Origin: Abditibacteriaceae bacterium
GTDB taxonomy: Bacteria; Armatimonadota; Abditibacteriia; Abditibacteriales; Abditibacteriaceae
Length of the DNA stretch: 11,000 nucleotides
Direction of reading: 5' to 3'
NCBI GenBank assembly: GCA_031425655.1
Contig: JANPJS010000206.1
Span: 1 to 11,000, forward strand
Under the pieces are notes generated by a model. That model was not told the origin of the DNA. It searched no databases and was given only the letters and a program-made list of their open reading frames with translations. Positions 1-7,026 of this stretch are shown piece after piece. The first letter of the stretch is position 1. Every line of letters starts with the position of its first letter. A program made the position numbers and the translations under genes.

Positions 1-26
1 TTTTTAAGTCTTTTTTTATTTGTGCG

Positions 27-791
27 TTGCTCAATTGGGGTTATGTGGGTATTTGGTTGTGCTATATGGGTTTTCCTTGGTGGGGGTTTTGGGTATTGCT
101 TTTTTGGTTTTTTTATTCCCGCACCCCCCACTCCGCACTCCGCACTTGCGCGGCTGTTTTCGTCAAAGATTGGCGCGGCGAATGGCGCATTCGCGCCGCG
201 CTGAATGCGATTGCGTTGTTCGCGGTCGCAGCGCCGATTGCGCTCAGTTTCAGCGTGGCGCGGCAAAAGTTGGAGCCGGAAGTTCAAGCGGGTTTGCTGT
301 GGGCAGTTTTGCTCTTTGCCGCCTTAGTCGGATTGTCGCGCGCCTTTGTCAAAGAAGAGGAAAGCGGAACGGCTCATTTGCTGCGACTAAGCTGTCCCGG
401 CGATGCCGTTTTGTGGGGCAAAGCGGCGTTTAACTTAGCTTTGCTGCTTGTCACGCAGTTGGCGGCGGTGCCGATTTTCATGGTGATGATCGGCGTGGTG
501 CCACACAATCTCTGGGCGTTGCTCTTAATTTTGCTGCTCGGCGACATCGGTTTGGCCGGCGTTTCGACGCTGCTGGGCGCCATCGCGGCGCAAACGCGGT
601 CGCGCGGCGCGTTGTTTTCGGCCATCGCCATCCCGATTTTGTTGCCGCTTTTAGTGGCGGCTTCCAGCGCCACGGCGATTGCATTTGGTAAACCCGGCGA
701 TGTGATGCCGGGTATCGTTATTGTGGCGGCTTACGATGCCGCGATGATTTCTGCTGCTTGGCTGCTGTTCGATTTCGTGTGGGCACCGTAG
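27..791 (+). CDS. ccmB: Heme exporter protein B (CcmB), ABC permease of cytochrome c maturation System I; true 5' end uncertain
   Basis: Hydrophobic multi-TM protein with KDWRGEWR (KDLxxExR-like), GLLW, RAFVKEEESGTAHLLRL, GKAAFN and LFSAIAIPILLPLL. Lies directly upstream of ccmC. Homology is recognisable from ~150 onward; the sequence upstream is T/G-rich and unreliable. Confidence 0.85.
   Translation: MLNWGYVGIWLCYMGFPWWGFWVLLFWFFYSRTPHSALRTCAAVFVKDWRGEWRIRAALNAIALFAVAAPIALSFSVARQKLEPEVQAGLLWAVLLFAALVGLSRAFVKEEESGTAHLLRLSCPGDAVLWGKAAFNLALLLVTQLAAVPIFMVMIGVVPHNLWALLLILLLGDIGLAGVSTLLGAIAAQTRSRGALFSAIAIPILLPLLVAASSATAIAFGKPGDVMPGIVIVAAYDAAMISAAWLLFDFVWAP
115..146. repeat. Degenerate heptamer tandem repeat (ACTCCGC)n
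   Basis: attcccgc-acccccc-actccgc-actccgc-act, with two perfect ACTCCGC units at 130-143. Confidence 0.55.
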
Positions 792-794
792 AAC

Positions 795-1439
795 ATGATT
801 TTTAATGTTATCGTGGGAATCTGGATTACGCTGGGCTTGACGCTCGGTTTTGCGATGCCGCCGGCGGAAAATCTGGTGGCGACGCCTCTGGCTTTTTTGC
901 ACGTTCCGATGGCGTTTGGGATGGAAATGGCGCTTTTCGGAGCGGCGATTTACGGCGGCTTGTGGCTAAAACGGCGGCGTTCCGGCGATGATGCGATGTC
1001 GCTGGCGTTAGCCGAAACCGGCTTCGTTTTCGGCATTATTGCCACGATAACGGGTTCGCTCTGGGCCAAACTGAACTGGGGCGCTTACTGGAATTGGGAT
1101 CCGCAGCAAACCGGCATCGTGGCCACGCTGCTCACTTACGCGGCGCTTTTCGCTTTGCGTTCGGCAGCCGAAGACGAAGAAAAATCGCGCGATTTATGGG
1201 CGGTTTATGCGATTTTTGGCTTTATCGCGGCGATTTTCTGGACTTTCATTTTTCGCCGCCTGATGGGTTCGCTGCATCCCGAAAAGACAACGGTTACCAG
1301 CAGCGGAATTTTTAAATTCGCGTTGTGGTTCAACATTTTGGGCTACACGCTTTTGGTGGTGCGCATCGCCCAAGTGCGAGCGCGTTTGGAACGCGCGGCG
1401 CGGCGCTTGAAGGAAATCACATGGAACAACTCAATTTAA
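795..1439 (+). CDS. ccmC: Heme exporter protein C (CcmC), WWD-domain heme-handling protein
   Basis: WWD motif WAKLNWGAYWNWDP with flanking His motifs FLHVP and SLHP; ~6 TM segments; starts 3 nt after the ccmB stop. Confidence 0.9.
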   Translation: MIFNVIVGIWITLGLTLGFAMPPAENLVATPLAFLHVPMAFGMEMALFGAAIYGGLWLKRRRSGDDAMSLALAETGFVFGIIATITGSLWAKLNWGAYWNWDPQQTGIVATLLTYAALFALRSAAEDEEKSRDLWAVYAIFGFIAAIFWTFIFRRLMGSLHPEKTTVTSSGIFKFALWFNILGYTLLVVRIAQVRARLERAARRLKEITWNNSI

Positions 1440-1576
1440 CGCAAAATCTGCACGCTTACGCTGTGGCGCTGGTGACCTGGCTCGGCGTGTTATTTTACTT
1501 GTTTCGTCTTGAAAAAATGACGCGCGATTTGGAGCGTCAAGTGGATTCCGCCACGCGCCGCGACGACGAAAAATGA
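1421..1576 (+). CDS. ccmD: CcmD-family small membrane protein (51 aa)
   Basis: ATG at 1421 with SD-like AAGGA at 1410-1414. MEQLNLTQNLHAYAVALVTWLGVLFYLFRLEKMTRDLERQVDS has one TM helix (Y...W...Y) and a charged helical tail. It overlaps the ccmC end, and its stop overlaps the next ATG (ATGA). Confidence 0.8.
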   Translation: MEQLNLTQNLHAYAVALVTWLGVLFYLFRLEKMTRDLERQVDSATRRDDEK

Positions 1577-2208
1577 AGCTCCTGCCGGTTTCTCTGAACG
1601 TGTCGGGCCGGCGCTGCGTGGTTTTTGGCGGTGGCCCGGTGGCGGCGCGCAAAGCGCAATCGCTTTATGAATGCGGCGCCCAGATTATCGCCATTTCGCC
1701 TCAATTTGGCGACGAATGGCACGATTTACCAAGCGAAATTCGGCGTGAAGCGCGCGTTTACGCGGCGGGCGATTGCGCCGGGGCTATGCTGATTTTCGCC
1801 TGCACCAATAACCGCGAAGTCAATCAGCAAATCGCCGACGAAGCGCGCGAAGCTGGCATTTGGTGCAACATTGCGGACGCGCCCGAAAGCAGCGATTTTC
1901 ACTCGGCGGCAACGGTGCGGCGCGGCGAAATCGCCATCTCGATTGCGACGGGCGGTTCTTTTCCGCTTTTGGCGCGTCACCTGCGGCACAAAATCGAAAC
2001 CGCCATCGGCCTGGAATACGAAGTTTTGCTGGAAATCGTCGCGTTGCGCCGTGCCGAATTACCGTCGAAATTGGCGGCGCAAAGCGACCGCGCCGAGTTC
2101 TGGCGCGAAGTTTTGAACGGCCCGGCGCTGCCATTATTACGCGAAGGCAAACGTGCCGCAGCCGAGCAAATGATTGATAATTTCTTCGATTCGTTAAATT
2201 CTGAATGA
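1573..2208 (+). CDS. Precorrin-2 dehydrogenase / sirohydrochlorin ferrochelatase (SirC/Met8/CysG N-terminal domain family)
   Basis: LPVSLNVSGRRCVVFGGGPVAARK (NAD-binding), ACTNNREVN, WCNIADAPESSDF, VRRGEIAISIATGGSFPLLA. No fused methyltransferase domain. Confidence 0.9.
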   Translation: MKLLPVSLNVSGRRCVVFGGGPVAARKAQSLYECGAQIIAISPQFGDEWHDLPSEIRREARVYAAGDCAGAMLIFACTNNREVNQQIADEAREAGIWCNIADAPESSDFHSAATVRRGEIAISIATGGSFPLLARHLRHKIETAIGLEYEVLLEIVALRRAELPSKLAAQSDRAEFWREVLNGPALPLLREGKRAAAEQMIDNFFDSLNSE

Positions 2209-2213
2209 TAAAA

Positions 2214-2336
2214 AAACGGGAAGTTGGGAAGGGCGGTAAGACGGGAAGAATTTGATCTTGGTGACGGAGCCGAAACTTTTAGTAGCACCACCTTAATTTC
2301 CCTTCCCGTCTTACCGCTCTTCCCGGCTTCCCGTTT
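2214..2336. repeat. 35-bp inverted repeat with arms built of ~8-nt tandem units (CGGGAAG-like); 53-nt spacer
   Basis: Left arm 2214-2248 aaacgggaagttgggaagggcggtaagacgggaag; right arm 2302-2336 cttcccgtcttaccgctcttcccggcttcccgttt. 32/35 Watson-Crick pairs plus 3 G-T pairs. Confidence 0.92.
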
Positions 2337-2367
2337 GTTCGATTTCCTAAAAGCCAACCGCTATTTC

Positions 2368-3642
2368 ATGCAGCTTTTTCTTCTTGGGTTAAGCCATAAA
2401 ACCGCGCCCGTCGAGGTGCGCGAAAAACTGGCGCTCAGCTCCGAGAGGCTGCCCCAGGCGCTGCATTTTCTTCAGCGCGCCATCGGTGTGCGCGAAGCGG
2501 CGATTCTTTCGACGTGCAACCGCGCTGAAATCTACGCAGTCGGCGACGAGCGCGCCGGAGCGCGTCTCGAATCGTTTCTCGATGAATTTCAACACGTTCC
2601 GGCCAGCTCGCTGCGTGGCAGCCTGTATCATGGTTTGGACGCGCAGTCGGCAAGGCATTTGTTTCGTGTCGCCAGCGGCATCGAATCGCTGGTTTTGGGC
2701 GAAAGCGAAATTCTCGGACAAGTCAAAAGCGCCTTTGAAATGGCGCGCGATTCCGGCACGTCAAGTCAGGTTTTGGACGAGCTTTTTCGCCGCGCCATTG
2801 CGTGCGGCAAACGCGCGCGAACCGAAACCGCCATCGGACGCGGCGCCTTAAGCGTCGGCAGTGCCGCTGTCGAGTTGGCGCGGCAAATCTTCGGGCCGCT
2901 GCAAGGCCACACGGTGCTGATTTTAGGCGCCGGAAAAATGTCGGCGCGCACCGCGAAAACCTTAGTTTCATCGGGCGCCAAACGGGTTTTAGTGGCCAAC
3001 CGCACTTATGAAAAAGCCGCAGAATTGGCCGCCGAGTTCGACGGCGAAGCGGTGCATTGGGACGAGTTTCCCAAACGCCTTGCCGAAGCCGACATCGTGA
3101 TCGCTTCGACGCGGGCGCCGGGCTACATTGTGCGCGCCGAACACGTCGCGCAGGCCATGAAAATTCGCCGTCATCGCCCGCTGTTTCTCGTTGACATCGC
3201 CGTGCCGCGCGATATTGACCCGGCGGCGCATCAGCTCAACAACGTCTTCGTTTACGATATTGACGATTTGCAGGGCGTGGTCAACGCGAATCTCGCGCAG
3301 CGCACGAACGAGTTGGCCCAAGTCGAGACGATTATCGAAAGCGAAGTGGCGGGCTGGGAAAAATGGATTCGCGCCCGCAGCGCGCAACCCATTATGGCGG
3401 CCTTAGCGCAGCACGGTGCGCAAATCCGCGAGCGCGAAGTGCGCGAGGCTCTGGCGCAGATGCCGAATTTATCGGAGCGCGAGCAGGAAGTCGTCAAGGC
3501 TTTGGCGCGTTCGATTGAAGGCAAACTTTTGCACGCGCCGCTACGCCATTTGCGTGAAGCGGGCGAAGCCGGCTCCGACGATGTCGAGGCGTTGCGCCGC
3601 GCCTTCAAGTTGGACGAAAAACGCGAAGAGGAGGCGCCCTGA
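2368..3642 (+). CDS. hemA: Glutamyl-tRNA reductase
   Basis: GLSHKTAPVEVREK, catalytic STCNRAEIY, HLFRVASGIESLVLGE, GAGKMS, VANRT, DIAVPRDID, YDIDDL. Start placed at ATG 2368 (MQLFLLG), where homology begins. Confidence 0.97.
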   Translation: MQLFLLGLSHKTAPVEVREKLALSSERLPQALHFLQRAIGVREAAILSTCNRAEIYAVGDERAGARLESFLDEFQHVPASSLRGSLYHGLDAQSARHLFRVASGIESLVLGESEILGQVKSAFEMARDSGTSSQVLDELFRRAIACGKRARTETAIGRGALSVGSAAVELARQIFGPLQGHTVLILGAGKMSARTAKTLVSSGAKRVLVANRTYEKAAELAAEFDGEAVHWDEFPKRLAEADIVIASTRAPGYIVRAEHVAQAMKIRRHRPLFLVDIAVPRDIDPAAHQLNNVFVYDIDDLQGVVNANLAQRTNELAQVETIIESEVAGWEKWIRARSAQPIMAALAQHGAQIREREVREALAQMPNLSEREQEVVKALARSIEGKLLHAPLRHLREAGEAGSDDVEALRRAFKLDEKREEEAP

Positions 3643-4496
3643 TGCAACTTACGCTGCAACCTTATGAAAACTTTTTGTTGCTGGGCGGTGTGCTGGCTTA
3701 TTTGTCGGCCATGCTCTACTTTTGGGGCCAGCTTTTCGTGCGCGCCGAGGCCGCTTCGCCACGCGCCGAGAAATGGCGCGCTTCCGCCGGAAAATGGGGC
3801 CGCGCTTTGTTGGTTATCGGCGCGGTTTTGCACCTGATTTCGCTGATGGGACAGGGCGATATGCTGTTTGCGGTGCGGGCGGGCGTGGCTGGGCTTTTCG
3901 GCTGGCTGCTGGTCGTGGCGTATTTAATTTTCGGCCCGCGACTTGGCCGCGATTCGTTAGGCGCTTTCGTGACGCCGGTCGCTCTCATCGCGGCGTTTTA
4001 CTCGCTGACCGCCGCGCCGCTGCATCATGCGGCGCGGCCTGAAATTCTGCAAACGCAGTGGCTCCCGGTTCACGTCACGATCATCATTTTGGCTTATGTG
4101 GCACTGGCTTTTGCCTTCGCCGCGTCGTTGATTTATCTGATTCAGGAAGCTTTGCTCAAACGCAAGCAATTGACGGGTTTATGGCAGCGATTGCCGTCGC
4201 TGCAAGTGGCCGACGACCTGATTTATCGCGCGACGAGCTTCGGCGTGGCGATGTTGACGCTTGGCATTCTCACCGGCCTGATGTGGACAACACAGCAACC
4301 AAATTATCGCGTCTCCGACGACCCGAAAGTGGTCTTTTCGATTCTGACGTGGATTCCCTTTACGCTTTATTTAGCGGCGCGTTGGGGCTTGGGTTGGCGT
4401 GGGCGGCGCACCAATCTCGTGGTGATTTATGGCTTTGTATTGCTGGTAATTTCGTTTTTAGGCGCGCCGCACGTTTTGGGCGGTGCCCCACGATGA
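3642..4496 (+). CDS. CcsA/HemX-like cytochrome c assembly family membrane protein
   Basis: ~8 TM segments; WLPVHV, YLIQEALLKRK, RLPSLQVAD, GILTGLMW...DPK, LGWRGRR. Sits between hemA and hemC with TGATG and ATGA overlaps. Confidence 0.85.
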   Translation: MQLTLQPYENFLLLGGVLAYLSAMLYFWGQLFVRAEAASPRAEKWRASAGKWGRALLVIGAVLHLISLMGQGDMLFAVRAGVAGLFGWLLVVAYLIFGPRLGRDSLGAFVTPVALIAAFYSLTAAPLHHAARPEILQTQWLPVHVTIIILAYVALAFAFAASLIYLIQEALLKRKQLTGLWQRLPSLQVADDLIYRATSFGVAMLTLGILTGLMWTTQQPNYRVSDDPKVVFSILTWIPFTLYLAARWGLGWRGRRTNLVVIYGFVLLVISFLGAPHVLGGAPR

Positions 4497-5422
4497 AGCT
4501 CGTGATGGGCACGCGCGGCAGTCCTTTGGCTTTAGCGCAATCGCGCGCCTTTGCCCGCGCGTTGGAAGCGGCGCACGCCGGTTTGACGGTTGAAGAGCGC
4601 ATTATTCGCACCACCGGCGACAAACAACAAAGCGCGCCGTTGCCGTCCATCGGCGGCAAAGGCGTGTTCACGTTGGAAATAGAAAACGCGCTGCGCGACG
4701 GCGAAATTGATTTCGCCGTGCATTCGCTAAAAGATTTGCCACCGGAAATGCCCGCCGGATTATGTTTGGGCGCCATTCCGCGCCGCGCACCCGCCAACGA
4801 CGTTTGCGTGTTAAATTCCAGCCAAAAAACTGAATTTGACGGCGCGTTGCCCTTCCTGCCGCGCGGCGCCAAAGTCGGCACTTCGAGCCTGCGACGCAGC
4901 GCGCAATTGCTGCATTTGCGGCCCGATTTGGTGATTACCGACGTGCGCGGCAACATTGATACGCGGCTGCGCAAGCTCGACGAGCAATTCGACGCGATTG
5001 TCTTAGCGCGGGCCGGTTTGGAGCGTTTGGGCGTGGAAATTGACGCGGCGCGTCTGCACGATTTCGACGAAAGCGAGTTCGTTCCGGCGCCGGGACAAGG
5101 CGCGTTGGCCATCGAAGCGCGCAGCGATGACGAGCCGACGCTGCGATTCTTGACCGCGTTAGACGATGCCGCGACGCGCGCTGAAATTGAGGCCGAGCGC
5201 GGCGCGATGCGGGCTTTAAATGCCGGATGTTCGACGCCATTGGGCGCGCGGGCGATTTATAAGGATGGTCGCGTAAAACTGCGCGCGTGCGTGCTTTCCA
5301 TTGATGGCACGCAGCGCATTTTCGCCGAAGATGAAGATTCCGCCGAGAACGCGCAATTGCTGGGCAACCGCGTGGCCGAACACTTGCTAAAAATGGGCGC
5401 CGCCGATTTGATGTCCGGCTAA
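4493..5422 (+). CDS. hemC: Hydroxymethylbilane synthase (porphobilinogen deaminase)
   Basis: GTRGSPLALAQ, GGKGVFTLEIE, AVHSLKDLP, GTSSLRR, RGNIDTRLRKL, PAPGQGALAIE, cofactor Cys in AGCSTPLG. ATG 4493 overlaps the upstream TGA. Confidence 0.97.
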   Translation: MKLVMGTRGSPLALAQSRAFARALEAAHAGLTVEERIIRTTGDKQQSAPLPSIGGKGVFTLEIENALRDGEIDFAVHSLKDLPPEMPAGLCLGAIPRRAPANDVCVLNSSQKTEFDGALPFLPRGAKVGTSSLRRSAQLLHLRPDLVITDVRGNIDTRLRKLDEQFDAIVLARAGLERLGVEIDAARLHDFDESEFVPAPGQGALAIEARSDDEPTLRFLTALDDAATRAEIEAERGAMRALNAGCSTPLGARAIYKDGRVKLRACVLSIDGTQRIFAEDEDSAENAQLLGNRVAEHLLKMGAADLMSG

Positions 5423-5448
5423 ATTGGCGATTAAAAGAGCAATTTTCT

Positions 5449-6843
5449 ATGACCGATCACGAACAAACCGATCCGCAGGAAACCGAGTCGGTGGAAAAGC
5501 CTGCCGTTGTAGACGCTCCTTCGATTCCGCCCGCGAAGGCACCGGCGCCGGTGTCCGGCGCATCGCCGGCGCCCTCAATGGCTGCAACAAGTGGGCTGGC
5601 GCGCGAACTGAGCCGTGTGTTGCTGCTCGGATTCGGCCTCGTGTTCGCTTATCGTTTCGCGCATCATATCGTGCCGATTTTGTTGATGTTTGCGATGGTT
5701 TTTCTCATCGCGATTATCTTGAATTCCGTAGTCGCGGCGTTGGAAAAACGCGGTGTGCGGCGCGGCATGGCCGTCGCGTTCATCATGCTTTTACTCGTCG
5801 GTTCCATGACTTTGGCGGGATGGCTGATCGTGCCGCCGGCAGTGCAGCAGGCCAATACACTGATGTCGAAGGCGCCGACGTATTGGAAAACCATTCAATC
5901 GCGGGCGCACGAATTGGAAGAACAATATCCGGTTTTGCAGGGCATTTTGCCGGAATTGGAAGAAGAAAAATCCTCGGATAAGAAAGATAAAAAAGCCTCA
6001 CCGAAAACCGAAAAATCCGCCGCCGAATCGAATGACGCTTCCAGCGCGGATGACGGCAGAAAATCGCCGGTTGGAGCGACTGCGCTTAAAGATGCCGACG
6101 GACAAACTGAGGCGCCGGCTCTTGAAAATCTGCTGCAAGGCGATGCTTTGCTGGGCTACGCCAAACGCGCGTTGGCGATTACGACCGGGCTTATCGGCGC
6201 TGTTTTCGTGGCGGTTTTATCGCTGCTTTTGCTGCTTTTCACTTTAGCCAATCCGCAATCGCTGGTCGCGGGCGTGCTTTGCGCGGTGCCCGACGATTAC
6301 CGCGAACCGACGCGGCGTTCGATGGCGCGCATCTTCATGCAAATGCCGGGTTGGGCACGCGCGACATTCATCAACGGCACCATAACCGGTGTTCTGACCG
6401 GTGTTGGTTTGGCTTTAGTCGGCGTGCAGCCGGCGCTGGTTTTGGGCATTTGCGCGTTTTTCGGCGAGTTCGTGCCCAACGTCGGCCCGTTGGTCATGGC
6501 GGCGCCGGCGCTCTTCGTAGCGCTCAGCATCAGCCCGGCCAAAGCGTTGGCGGCGATGGGCGTCATCGTGTTCGTGCAAGCCATAGCCAGCAACGCGCTA
6601 AACCCAATTATCATGGGACGCGAGATGAAATTGCATCCCGTGACGATTACGTTTTTCGCGCTTTCGATGGGCGCAATATTCGGCGTGGCGGGCGCGATTT
6701 TAGCCGTTCCGACTGCCGCGATAGCGAAAATCGCCTTCGAGGAATTTTATCTGTATCCGCGCCGCGTGCCCGAAGCCGAAATTCAAGAGCAGGCCCGCGC
6801 TATCGTGGCCGGCGAATCCGGCGTCGAAGTTCCTGAAGATTAG
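5449..6843 (+). CDS. AI-2E family (PerM/TqsA-like) transporter
   Basis: Multi-TM protein with LEKRGVRRGMAV, GEFVPNVGPLV, QAIASNALNPIIMGREMKLHPV and FGVAGAILAVPTAA, typical of the AI-2E family C-terminus. Confidence 0.9.
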   Translation: MTDHEQTDPQETESVEKPAVVDAPSIPPAKAPAPVSGASPAPSMAATSGLARELSRVLLLGFGLVFAYRFAHHIVPILLMFAMVFLIAIILNSVVAALEKRGVRRGMAVAFIMLLLVGSMTLAGWLIVPPAVQQANTLMSKAPTYWKTIQSRAHELEEQYPVLQGILPELEEEKSSDKKDKKASPKTEKSAAESNDASSADDGRKSPVGATALKDADGQTEAPALENLLQGDALLGYAKRALAITTGLIGAVFVAVLSLLLLLFTLANPQSLVAGVLCAVPDDYREPTRRSMARIFMQMPGWARATFINGTITGVLTGVGLALVGVQPALVLGICAFFGEFVPNVGPLVMAAPALFVALSISPAKALAAMGVIVFVQAIASNALNPIIMGREMKLHPVTITFFALSMGAIFGVAGAILAVPTAAIAKIAFEEFYLYPRRVPEAEIQEQARAIVAGESGVEVPED

Positions 6844-6982
6844 GCCACCCGGCCATAAATGGCCGGGCTGAAATACGAAGCTCCTCCGGAGCTGAGAGCG
6901 GAGTTAGGCAGGAACACCGGATGAGCCTTCGAGCCTCGTAGAGGCTTTGTAGGCAGCCCGGCCATCTATGGCCGGATGGCCT
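6842..6982. repeat. REP/REPIN-like element: two inverted ~52-nt units, each with two internal hairpins
   Basis: Outer arms 6842-6870 and 6954-6982 are 27/29 complementary, and each contains the palindrome CCGGCCAT-NN-ATGGCCGG. Inner small hairpins at 6879-6893 and 6932-6946. Confidence 0.88.
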
Positions 6983-7026
6983 GCAAATCGAACGTCCGCC
7001 GCAGGGCTTTTGCTAAACTGACGGCC

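Noticed and set aside
1..114. T/G-rich low-complexity stretch and the aromatic-rich N-termini of ORFs 20..433, 22..204 and 27..791
   Set aside because: Homopolymer-rich, A-poor composition unlike the rest of the window; most likely a low-quality read or contig end, so not interpreted biologically.
2224..2367. 48-aa N-terminal extension of HemA in the ORF track
   Set aside because: It is read-through of the inverted-repeat element; HemA homology starts at ATG 2368.
4058..4492. Long N-terminal extension of HemC suggesting a fusion
   Set aside because: Alternative frame overlapping the hemX/ccsA-like gene; the ATGA-coupled start is at 4493.
6976..7026. Extended TrpE N-terminus or a trp leader peptide
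   Set aside because: The ATG lies within the repeat arm; there are no tandem Trp codons or T-box features.
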